DNA from: Marsupella aquatica
Lineage: Eukaryota; Plantae; Marchantiophyta
Assembly: GCA_973895155.1 (NCBI GenBank)
Contig: OZ316895.1
Span: 13,441,186 to 13,505,185, forward strand
Length of the DNA stretch: 64,000 bases
Reading direction: 5' to 3'
Shown here: one piece after another, positions 23,743 to 35,064 of the stretch
Numbering within the stretch: position 1 is the stretch's first letter
Layout of the letters: each line of letters begins with the position of its first letter
Notes under the pieces: generated by a model
Databases searched by the model: none
Told to the model about the DNA's origin: nothing
What the model saw: the letters and a program-made list of their open reading frames with translations, nothing else
Program-made: the position numbers and the translations under genes

Positions 23743-26700
23743 GTGGGGAGCAGTAGCAGGGACAGTGGATTTTCTGCAGGCGTTGTGGCAGAGCTGACGG
23801 GGTTCACAACGCCATTGATCATCGGCAAGGAATTAAATACCAAGGGATCGGCATACAAGCCGATTACGAGGGCAGAACAAATTGAGGCCCTATTAGAAGC
23901 CGAGAGAGCACAGCGGCCTAACTCTCAGGAGCAAGAGGTGGATGAGATGGACAGACACAATCCAGAGCCAAGGCAGGAAGGGGAGCCGACCACCAATTCA
24001 AAACCGAATAGACCGGCAAGGGGACAATCTATGGACACCAAGGACGGGACCGACTCGGCTAGTCCAGCCGAGATTCCAGTTTATGGAGGTATGAGATTAG
24101 AGCGACTGGAAGCCGAACTGGACCCGAATTTGAAGAAGCAGATTAATATGATCCAAGCACGGCAATATCGGAAGCTCGACTTAGGAGAGGGAAGAGAACT
24201 GAACTTAGGGAGAAACCTAGCACCTGAGCTCGAGAAAGAGATCAGTGACTTATTGATTGAATTTCACGATGTGTTTGCATGGAGTCACCAAGATCTAAAG
24301 GGAGTAGATCCAACACTAGGGGAACATCGAATTGATCTCATGTTAGGAGCCAAATCATTTCGACAACCAATTCGAAGGATGAACCCGAAGTATTCCCTGC
24401 TGGTCAAAACAGAAATCGACAAACTAGTGGAAGCTAGATTCATCACTCCAGTCCTGCATTCAGACTGGGTGTCTCCAATTGTGATAGTTCCCAAGAAAGC
24501 TGGACCCGATGGTAAACCCAAGATCCGAGTTTGTCAGGATTACAGGAAGCTGAATGAAGCAACATTAAAAGACCATTTTCCTTTACCGTTTACTGATATG
24601 GTACTAGACATGGTAGCCAGTCATGAACTATATTCATTCATGGATGGATACTCTGGTTATAACCAAATCAGGATTCGGCAGGAAGACCAAATCAAGACGG
24701 CCTTCATCGATCTATGTCTTCAATCGTATGCCGTTTGGACTCTGCAACGCACCAGCTATGTTCCAACGATTAATGGTGAACATTTTTCATGATTACTTGA
24801 GAAAGTTCATGGAAATCTTCATTGACGACTTTGCAGTATTCGGGAAGGCATCGAAACATGCTAAATACCTCAGGAAAACCTTCATGAGATGTAGAGAGGT
24901 GGGTCTCAAGTTACACCCAGATAAATGTTTTTTTGCAGTAACCGAGGGGGTGCTACTAGGTCACAAGGTATCAAGGAAGGGCATTGAGATTGACAAAGGT
25001 AAGCTAGCAGTATGGCTAGATATCATGCAACCTAAGAACATAAAGGATGTAAGATCCTTCTTGGGATGCATTGGTTACTATCGCCGGTTCATCAAGGATT
25101 TTGCCAAGCTAGCTTTACCATTAACCAATATGCTCAAGGCAGGAGCAGACTTCGAACCCACACCCGAACGAGTCACAGCGGTGGTAGAATTGAAGCAGAT
25201 GTTAGTAGAGGCCCCAGTCATGATAGCACCGGACTGGAACAAAGATTTTCATGTTTTTGTAGATGTCTCGGGCTTCTGTATTGGCTCAGTACTAAGTCAG
25301 TTGGATGAGAAAGGAAGGGACCATCCCATATACTTCGCAAGCCGTCAGCTTGCCGATGCCGAACGGAACTACTCTACCACGGAAAGAGAAGCATTAGGAG
25401 TCATTTATTCTTGTAAAAAGTTTAGGCATTATTTACTAGGGTACAAGGTAATCTTTCATACTGATCATGAAAGTTTGAAGTACCTAGTCAATAAGCCGGA
25501 CCTTACAAGCAGAGTAGCAAGATGGATTTTGCTATTACAGGAGTTTGACTATGAGCTGAGGATCAAGCCGGGAAAGTTACATGCCAATGCCGACTTCTTT
25601 TCAAGGATCACAGGTAAACCTGCCACGGATTGCATCGATGATTGATTCCCCGACGAGGAGCTATTCGTTGTGGAAATAGCTGGTACATGGTACCCTGAGA
25701 TTTTACAATTTCTCAGCACTTCCAGATTACAGCCAGGATTAAGCCGAGAGCAAGCCGCAGTCTTTGTGCGGAAGGTCAGACAGTATCAGTGCATTAAAGG
25801 CATACTGCACAAGCATGGAATCAACGGCATGATTCAAAGATGTTTGGAAAAGAGAGAGCTAAAACGAGTCCTACGGGCCATGCATGGAGAGGAGGCCGGA
25901 GGACATTTTGCCCCAGTAACCACGTCTAAAAAGATATTAAATGCCGGTTACTGGTGGCCCACCTTGCACAAAGATGTCTATCAGTTTATCAAACAATGCG
26001 ATCCTTGTCAACGAGCGGGAGGACCAAGGGCGTCCACCAGGCATCCACTGCACCCTATTCTACCTCTGGCACCATTCAGTGCATTAAAGGCATACTGCAC
26101 AAGCATGGAATCAACGGCACGATTCAAAGATGTTTGGAAAAGAGAGAGGTAAAACGAGTCCTACGGGCCATGCATGGAGAGGAGGCCGGAGGACATTTTG
26201 CCCCAGTAACCACGTCTAAAAAGATATTAAATGCCGGTTACTGGTGGCCCACCTTGCACAAAGATGTCTATCAGTTTATCAAACAATGCGATCCTTGTCA
26301 ACGAGCGGGAGGACCAAGGGCGTCCACCAGGCATCCACTGCACCCTATTCTACCTCTGGCACCATTCGAGAAGTGGGGTATTGATTACATTGGACCTCTG
26401 AAACCACTGACCCACCCTCGACGGAACAAGTACATAATCCTGGCTACGGATTATGCAACTAAATGGGTAGAGGCCAGACCAACAACGAAGGATGATGCAA
26501 TTACTACGGCTAGATTCATGTATGAGCAGATCTTCACCAGGTATGGAGCACCCCTAGAATTAGTTAGTGATAGAGGAACCCATTTTTTGAATGATATAAT
26601 TAGTCGTTTAAATGAGCAGTATTTAGTTAAACATAGGCCTACTACTCCCTACCATCCAAAGGCAAACGGGTTGACAGAACGAGCAAACGGAATTATAGGA

Positions 26701-27288
26701 AAGATATTGAACAAGACAGTAGCTCAGAACAAACTCGATTGGGATGATAAATTGTTTGCTGCTGTTTTTGCTTACAATCTTGCCTATAAATCCACTACCG
26801 GTCATACACCCTTCTTCTTAACCTTTGGACAAGAAGCCCTGGTACCCATGCAACTTGAGATACCGACATTTCAAGTTACAATTGAGGAAAGAGCCTCAGC
26901 GGAGGAGAGCCTAAAGGAGCGAGAATATAGGTTAGAAGCTTTAGAGGAAGCGAGAATGATTTCAGCCGAGAGAGTAGAATATAGACAGAATATCATGAAG
27001 CAGCAGTATGATAAAAGGTTAAAAGTAGTTAGTATTCATACCGGTGATCTTGTGCTACTTTATGACAGTAGGTATAGTAGGTTTCCAGGAAAGCTTTACA
27101 CTCGCTGGTTAGGACCCTTTAGAGTAACCATGATGTTCCCCAATGGCTCCGTACAATTGGCCAACATTACGGGAGAGGTATATCCAGTTCGCATCCATTA
27201 TAACCGCCTCAAGAAATACTATATGGACGAAGATGAAGTTGTTCGCGAGGACGCTTCACAATTAAGTGGGGAGCTATGTGATGCCTAG
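23743..27288 (+). pseudogene. Gypsy B pol (RT, RNase H, integrase), frameshifted
   Basis: Motifs KIRVCQDYRKLN, MDGYSGYNQI, FIDD, VDVSG..YFASRQL, WGIDYIGP, SDRGTHF, NGLTERAN and WLGPF. Confidence 0.95.
25786..26365 (+). repeat. 290-bp tandem duplication in the integrase zinc-binding region, causing a frameshift
   Basis: Copies begin TCAGTGCATTAAAGG at 25786 and 26076 and are nearly identical. Confidence 0.92.
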
Positions 27289-30200
27289 ACAGGAATCACT
27301 CGGCCGGTTAAGTGGGTAAAGCAGGAAGGCACCCTAGGAACACCTTAGTATAGGGACAAAACAAGGAAAATATAAACAATTAAGGGCAACCATGGAACCC
27401 AGGCCGAGGCCGGAGGTAAGGCTGAGGGTGAAAACCCGATTAGGGTTAGGGCGCGTTAAGCGTCGGTGGCTAGGAAGGATCAACGGGAAGAAGGACCAGC
27501 GGAGGAGAGGGGTAAGGAGCGCTTGCAGGAGATGGTGGCTCATTTGCGAGCACGAACTAGGCAGACGACTACGGGAGGCCAACTACTGTCAGCTGCTTAG
27601 GCAAGCACTCGGGGAGAGAGTAGATACCGACGATCGACCTAAGGAGGGTATGAGCAACGTCAATCAAGCGGCACATTTCTGGGGATGCCTGTTCGAACGG
27701 GCAACTGAGTACATCAAGACTTACGAGGACGAGGAATCTGAAAGGGCAGCTCGAGAATGGCAGGAGCTCGCTCGATTGTGGGAGCTGCAGAAGACGGCTT
27801 TCTTAGGAGGCGAACTCATCAAGGACGAGTTCCTGTGGACGCCTACTTCCAATCAACTCGACGATCTTCTGTTTTGCAAAGACAGCGTCGTCGGCATCCA
27901 AGAGGCCATCAAGAACTGCAACGACATACACTGGGAATTAAAGGGTAGCACGGAAAGGTGGACCCAGGCAACGGTGCTAGGAGAAACCTCCACGGCAGCA
28001 GAGATGAAGAGGAAGGGAGCCGTCAACGATGAAGCCACCCCGGCAAAAAGAACGAGGTCGGCGGCACCAAAGAAGCCAGCCGAGCAGCTGAGCAGGAGGC
28101 AGGGAGAAGCCGAAGAGGAGGAGGTCGATCCCATCAAGGCCATTCCAACCAGGGATGACACCTGGAAGGGCTGGGCGGCAACCCTACCGGTGGAGGTGCA
28201 ACTACATTTTGCACGGGAGGAGGATGCATGCTTTACGGCCATGCAGACCAAGAAGTACCAAGGCTTCATGGCCGGATCCGGCTTGGAGGCCTTTGTAAGA
28301 TTACCATGGCTGAAGCCGGAGGTACCGGAGTCAGACCTATTAGAATTCGTGGGGTCATGGGAACCCGAGACCAATTGCACGAGGATATATGGGAAGGATT
28401 TCTATCTTACTCCCAAGGTAATTGCCGAAGTGTTTGGCCTGCCGATAGGCAATAAGACCAAAGTTGATACCAGGAAGACCTTGCCTGACAAGGAGTTCCG
28501 GTCGTTCCCCGGGCCATCAACGAAGAATGGCTTCTTCCGGAACACCTGCACCAACCCGCACATAGGAGAGATGATCGACTTCTTGCGGGTGACCATGCAT
28601 TGTAACTTGCCGAGGGCAGAGATCGGCAAGGCACAGGTCTATCTGGCAGAAAGGCCAGACCCAAGCCGGGACTACAACGGGTACCTCCTCAACCAATTGA
28701 AGAAGATCTTAAAGGAGGAGCAGCAGGTAATCGGCATGGGGAGCGTGTCGCGGCTTGGCTATCACATGCCGCTGTTGTGCCGGTATGCCAGAGGTCAGAC
28801 TTTTGCCCCGGTACTTCCCCTGTAGGTAAGGGCACCCGAGGAAGCTCCAACGCCGAGGCCGTTGGCTGAGAAGCCTCAACCACCTGTTAGTCCTACGATC
28901 GAGCAGGTGTTTAGGCCCAGGAAGGAAGACTTGCCGATGCAGCAACCAGGCATGCAGAGTCTGCTGAAACTACTGGAGAAAGAAAAGAAATCGGCATCGG
29001 CAACAACAACGGCAACGGCAACAATGCAGGACACTACTACAGAGGTAGGCCTACACCGGCTCACAAGAGAAAACCCCTTTGCTGGAGACAAGGAGAGAAT
29101 CAGGCCGGAATCCAAGCCAGGTGTTCGAATGTACGTGGGAACCTCAAGCTCCGAATCTGAGGCAAAATTGTCTGAAGCTCCTACCGACGAAGAGGAGAGG
29201 GAGAAGCCGGACGTCCAAGAGGTAGAGGAGGCAGTGGAGGACTGCAGCCATGATAATTCCGGCTATGGGTCGGACCATCACGTTCCAGGAGTAAGGACCT
29301 GTGGCCGGTTTGTCCCCACACTTCCAAGGGTAGTGCGAGGGGACCCCAACCAGCAGAGTAGCCCTGAGTCTCCCCCACCAGATGTTGCTCCCCCGAGCTT
29401 CGATGGCATAAAACAGACGGTGCAGGAATTTCAGGAGCGAATCAAGCAGGAGGAGGAGGTCGCCCTGGCTAAGGAAAAGGATTTACCAGGAGGAGATTGG
29501 CCGGAGGACATCAGGCGGCTAGCCAAAAAAGGAAGCAAACCTCTAGCCACGATTGAAGAGATCCGCAGGACGGCTTGGGAGCAGAGGCCGCGATGGGCGA
29601 TGCCGATCACTTCTACTTACTCCACCTACGCTAAGAATAGAGCCATGGAGTATGGTGAGATGTGTGGGGAACTTGCGCTCGGCATCTTTGGAGAGGAGTT
29701 GGAGGTAGGACCCTTTTTCCATAGGGAGCAGTTGGAGAAGCACCAATTAGAAGAAGCGGTGGCTTTAGAGAGAAGCAAGAAGGACGAGGTCATTCGGCGG
29801 CTTAGGAGGATGGAAGCCGAGATTGAAGATCTAAGGGCGGCCAAGAAAGCCCAAGATGAACTGCGGATTAAACAACATGAGCTGAACATCATGCAGGGGC
29901 AGTTGGACACCGCGCAGGCTGATAATCAGAATATCAAGGATAAACTGACTCAGACGCAGGAAGAGTTGGCCGACACGATCAAAGAGAGGGAGAAGTGGAA
30001 GCAAGAGCTGAAGAATACAGAGGAGGCCCACATAACAGCCAACAGCCGGGCCATGGCGGAGACCCAAAGAAAGGAATGGGCGTTGAAAGGGGAGCTTGAG
30101 AAAATCCGCGGAGCCCTTGAGCAGAAGGAGGCCGAGTTAGGGAAATCCTATCAAGGGATTATGGCGCTGCAGCAGGAGCTTGCGTCCCTGACGGCCAGCT

Positions 30201-31945
30201 TCAAGGCCGACCTAAGGGAGAAGGACGAGATGCTCGAACAGACTTACGCCAAGATGAACCAGATGGAGTCTGTCATCATTGCAGAGCTCGACAAGGAGCT
30301 AAAAGCAACCCAGGAGGAGAGGACTACCTTGAAACAAGAACGGGAGGAAGCCCAGAAGGAACTAGAGAAGGCACGCAAGGACCTGGATGAGACCCAGGAG
30401 GAGTTGGAGGAAATCACGAGGAAGATGGAGAACCTCCAGCGGCGGGCCGACAACCAAACGGAGCGGCTGAAGAAACAAGCCGCAGTATTTAGGTGCTTGT
30501 CTTCATCAGGCCCAACTCCAATTGGGGCAACCAAGTTACCAGGAGTGGTACTGGCCGAAGAAAAAGCCGCGCCAACTGCACCAGTGCCGGAGGTAAGTGG
30601 GAAGGGGAAGGGACCAGCTGCCGAACCAGAAAAGAAGAAAAAGCGGAAACCTTCAGGGTCAAGGAGTAATCCGACTCCACAAGCCGTGGTGACCAAAGAG
30701 GTAGAACCAGCACCATCCTCCGACATGAATACGGCAATAGATCCCGCTATGATCACAGGTAGGGATGGTGCGGCCCAAGCCGAACTACTCAGTAAGGAGG
30801 CCAGTATTCCAGATCCGCCTCTTGAGCAGGCCGGGGAGACCGTAGCCGAGGCTGAGGCCGTAACCGATTCTCGAGCCGATGCCGACGCCGATGGTGGACC
30901 CAGTCAGGCCGATGGAGAGTTGACTCAGTCAAGGGCAGGTAATCTGTCAGGGAATGAGCCTACGGCAGTGGCTGAGGAGGAAGCGTTGGGGGCGTCCATT
31001 AAGGATCCACCACCGGTGTCGTGACGGTGCAAGGGCGCCGTTCCTTTTAGGGAGGGCGGACGTGGAGGGAGGAGGCGTGAGTGGGCAGGGCGGGCGCGGA
31101 TCTCCACGTTTAGGATTAGGATCAGAACCAGGAACGGCCCTGACACTTAGCTTAGTGGGATTGCGGTCCCACTGGTAGGAGCAACACTTGTGCTCCTGCC
31201 TTGCTGTACATAGGTAGATTCGGGTAAGTAGATTACTGTTAAGTAGATTAGGCTTACGATGCAAAGAATGGCGGATCCACTACCAGGATAAGTACCTGGG
31301 CAGCGGGGAGCTCAGGGCCTCTTCTTTAGCAAGTTTTTAGTTTGCACCAGCCGGGCTGGGATCAAGTAGTACGAGAAGCTCTCGGTTAGTCATACAGTGA
31401 CCCTTGTGTATATTCATGTTTCCTCATGCCTAAGAGCTGAATAGAGTTGGCCTCACGGCTTAGTTCGCAGAACTTGTGTATGAGATGTACTGTTTGTATG
31501 GCAAGTGCATGGTATGACTCAGTCAGAATGAGTCATTTTGCTATTTGTGTGTCGCATTAACTTGTGTGAAGAGTGCCCACATCAACAGAAGGAAGGAAAG
31601 CAAGCAGGGGAGTGAGAGTTGGATGTGTCGAGCTAAGAGAGGTCTTAGCGGCTTAACCAAGCCTATTGGGGATCATTCCGGCGGCGGAATCCAAACATAC
31701 CTAACAAGACGGAGGGGAAGACAGGGGAAGACAGGGGAAGGCCTATATTAGGCCGGCTACGTATCTCATGACCCGATGAAGGATCTGTCCAGTATATGTG
31801 TGTAAAATGTTAATAGTAGTAGTAGAAGGTTAGCAGCGTCCCATGCCGCTAAGCCGCGGAAACGGCCTCGCCAAGCACGAAACCTGCGGGAATCGGCTTG
31901 AGCTGGGGGGTTTCTTGGGTTTAGGGAGCCATGGGACGCACCACA
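27277..31945 (+). repeat. 3' LTR of gypsy B, 4,669 bp, TG...CA
   Basis: Directly follows the PPT AAGTGGGGAGCTA. Both ends coincide with those of the TSD-flanked solo copy at 39067-42358. Confidence 0.93.
27392..31024 (+). pseudogene. ~1,210-codon ORF inside LTR B (plant-transposon/PMD-like domain plus a long coiled coil), with one premature TAG
   Basis: ORFs 27392-28825 and 28862-31024 are in frame, and the TAG at 28823 is CAG (Q) in the solo copy. Motif GLEAFVRLPW...LLEFV...LTPKVIAEVFGLP. Heptad-rich region at ~29730-30480. Confidence 0.85.
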
Positions 31946-32006
31946 TATACGATACTGAATAGTTGTTTAATGGGGTCTAAATACCACCCAGTTTCTACTA
32001 GTGTGC

Positions 32007-33729
32007 GGACGATGCTATCTGTCGAGGTTCACACTATAGTATTTCTAACAAGTCATCCACAATGGCCACACAATTGGTACTATCTGCTAGTGGAACAGGT
32101 TCACTTGTTTCTAGGGGAGGGGGCTGTACAGTGACAGGAGTACAGATCACAAACTCCATTGGTGCTAGTTCTCTTGGGGAAGAGGTCATTCTGACAGGAC
32201 TTAGCTGGTCATGAAATGGTGATCTCAAACTAACAGCCTCCATTCTCAAATTATTAACAGCATCATATAGTCCATCATCACTACAACTGAGGAGAGATGT
32301 CAACTTATCAATAAGCTGCTGATTCGACTCTGCCTTCGAAGGAGTGGACCTGGTGGTCTGATGGGGAGTAGCATCAGTTGGTGTAGCAACATCGTCTTGT
32401 TGATGAATGCTCCTTACTTCTTCAGCTTCTAGTGGATCTGCATCCATAGTCCGGCTAGGGAAATTCTCATTACTTATTGGATGACAAACAACTTCCCTGT
32501 TATGCATAGGAGAATGTGTAGGAACTTCTAATGAAGCATCCTCCATAGGAACATCAGCATTCTCCTCAACGTTCTGATCATTCGAATTCAAAGGGGTGAC
32601 ATGTACAATGTCGTCCATAGGAATTTCTTCTTCAATACCCAGGTCAATTAGGAGTAACCCCCTCTCTGTCTCTTCCTCCGGAGATAAACAGTCATGGGTA
32701 TAATAGAGCTGAGAGAGATAATTCTGTAAGCAAGTGGTCCTCCCCGCTTCCAAGCTCTTTACTTGATCCTTCATTACATTAAACAGAAGTAGGGCCCAAT
32801 TTACTTTTATAGCTCCACTGTGAGCAGCTACAATGGTGTTAGCCAAGGCCACAGGACAGAGAGTTGGCTTTTTCGGATGAAGAATGGGTACCAGGAATTC
32901 CATGAGCACTCTCAATTCAGGATAAGTACACTGGGACAAGTTCCAACCATTCTTGGCATTTTGAGTTCCTGAGAAGTATGGAGTAGGTAAGTCCTGCTTC
33001 TTGGAATATAACGCCTCTCCTTCTGACGGGCATCCAAAGGCGTAAGCAATTTGCTCAACAGTCCACAGGCTGGGGTGAGCTCGAATCGTTCGCCTGAATT
33101 CAATCGGAATGATAGTCCCCTTTACAAAATCCTGTAAGTATGAGTCGAGCTCGACATTCCAGGGAATCTTGAGTAAGCGTTCCAATCCTAAGTGTTGTAA
33201 AGAGTCTTGTAAATTAGAAAGACTATCAGGCGCTCGTGGTATACGAGTTGCCACTACTTTTGAGACTGCTGGAGCTTTAATTTGATACTGTTTCTCAGCA
33301 CCCAGGTTCGCCATAGCCGCGACGGTGATTTGTGTGCTGCAAAGGTTTCTTTTGAAGAGAAAGAGCAAGTGAATAGGGGTGGTGAAAATACAGGAGTGAG
33401 CGCCTGAACTCTCTGCTTGATTCCTATTAAGGTATGAAGTCCCCAATCCGTTTCTAAGTTCCGTTGCGAAGTTAGCCGTAGCGCCGTAACGTACACTTTC
33501 CTTAAACGCGTAAGGTGTAGGCCATAACCCCATATCGGCATAAACCCATAAACCCATAAACCCGTAAACCCGTAAACCCATAACACTTATACGCGTAAAT
33601 GCGTAATCCCGTTATAAAGTATACCCGTAGTTTACACTTGGCATTTTAACAGCAACAGCAGGCTTAAACACTGTAAAAAGTTTAAATTTTTCAGTAATTT
33701 CAGGTTTTCGGTATTACCCAATACTCACA
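32007..33729 (-). repeat. 3' LTR of element A, proximal segment (starts TG at 33729)
   Basis: Directly after the PPT GAGGAGAGGGCTA (33742-33730). The part from 32007 to ~32484 matches 63518-64000. Confidence 0.88.
32034..33314 (-). pseudogene. N-terminal half of the ORF encoded inside LTR A (plant-transposon/PMD-like domain)
   Basis: ATG at 33314. The motif LGLERLLKIPW...LQDFV...WTVEQIAYAFGCP...KNGW resembles the LTR B ORF. Confidence 0.8.
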
Positions 33730-33758
33730 TAGCCCTCTCCTCAAATGGCGCCGTGCCC

Positions 33759-34458
33759 TCACAAGCCTTCAGAATGAGGTAGAAAGTATTTCTTCACCCT
33801 GAAACCATTGATTCTTGTTGCAAGAGGTTCTCCATCCAAAGTTTCTAAAGTTAAGGATCCATTTGGCCATACAGTAACCACTTTGTAAGGCCCTATCCAG
33901 TGAGTAAGGAGTTTCCCAGGGAAAAACATATACCTGGAGTCGTAAACAAGTGCCAAATCTCCCGGTTGGAGAGTAGGTGTTCTCAGCTTTTTATCGTAAG
34001 CTTCTTTCCGTTTGTCCTGTTGATGAAGGGTCTGTTCTAAGGCCAACAGCCTATGCTCTTCTAACTCATCTAGAGTTTCCAGCCTAATGTGGAAGCTATC
34101 CGGTTCAGGTAATCTTTCTGAGATCAGAAGCCGCTCAGTAGGTAATTCAAATTCAATAGGGGTAACACTATGCATACCAAAAGTTAAGTAGAATGATGTT
34201 CTCAAGGTAGTAATCTTTTCTGCGGTTCTGTAAGCCCATAAAGCAGAGTGGAGTTTGATATCCCAATCAGTTTTATGTCCCTCCACCATTTTATTCAATA
34301 TTTTTCCCATTAACCCGTTAGCTCTCTCAGTCAGTCCATTTGCTCTGGGGTTATAAGGTGTGGTCTTTCGATGCTTAATCAGATATTTCTCAGTAATGAG
34401 CTCAATTGTCTCATTAAGGAAGTGGAGGCCTCGATCACTTACTAATTCCAAAGGGCAT
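33759..34458 (-). pseudogene. Element A integrase C-terminal part (with GPY/F motif)
   Basis: CPLELVSDRG..NGLTERAN..WIGPY. Joins ITRYG at 50901 when S2 is removed. Confidence 0.93.
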
Positions 34459-34494
34459 ATCAGCCTATTCATTAAAAGTGTATTATTATTTGAT

Positions 34495-34820
34495 TTATGT
34501 ACATTTGGGCAATGAAAAGTGTACTTTTGGGCTTGAAAAAATGTACATTTGGCCAATGAAAAGTGTACATTTGGGGATAGAAAAGTGTACAATTGGCCTA
34601 AAGAGTGTACATTTGGGCAATGAAAAGTGTATATTTGAACATCAAAATAGGTACATTTGGCTTTAAAAGTGTACATTTGAGTACATTTGGCCTAGAAAGT
34701 GTACATTTGAGTGAAAAAAACATACATTTGGCTTAAAAAGTGTACATTTAAGTGCATTTGGTCTAGAAAGTGTAGCTTTGAGTGCAACAAAGTGTATATT
34801 TGGCCTAAAAAGTGTACCAA
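34495..34820. repeat. S2 left subterminal repeats AAAGTGTACATTTG (more than 10 copies); also at 50767-50845
   Basis: Directly visible next to both TIRs; palindromic TGTACA core. Confidence 0.88.
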
Positions 34821-35064
34821 CTCTTATTATAATCATTTAAAAGAAAGAAATGAATAGAAAAATATTTTTAATTATGCAAAAAAAGCAAACATTCATATTC
34901 ATAACGATCAAAAGTTTAGAAAATAAGGAGATAGTATAACTAACACTCAATGGCATGGTCTCACATTAAAACTATTAAAATAGTAAATAACTAGTAGGTA
35001 CTTGTTACTATCTAAGTAACTATCTATTTAATAATTATTATAGCTTTGCAAGTAACAACTAAGT

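Larger units (their letters stand above)
23525..31945 (+). mobile_element. Gypsy element B (Athila-related), 5'-truncated: lacks the 5' LTR, gag and most of the protease region
   Basis: pol, PPT and a complete 3' LTR are present. The left boundary is approximate and has no TSD. Confidence 0.88.
6505..32003 (+). mobile_element. CACTA (En/Spm) DNA transposon, internally deleted, carrying nested S1 and gypsy B
   Basis: TIRs CACTAGTAGAAAC(C/T)GG...ATTTAGACC at both ends. 3-bp TSD TGC (6502-6504 and 32004-32006). The empty site AAGTTGCGGAC is visible in the other LTR at 63511-63521. Confidence 0.95.

Noticed and set aside
27392-31024. Envelope gene or captured host myosin/SMC gene
   Set aside because: No evident transmembrane segment, signal peptide, or motor/ATPase motif; the coiled coil alone is uninformative.
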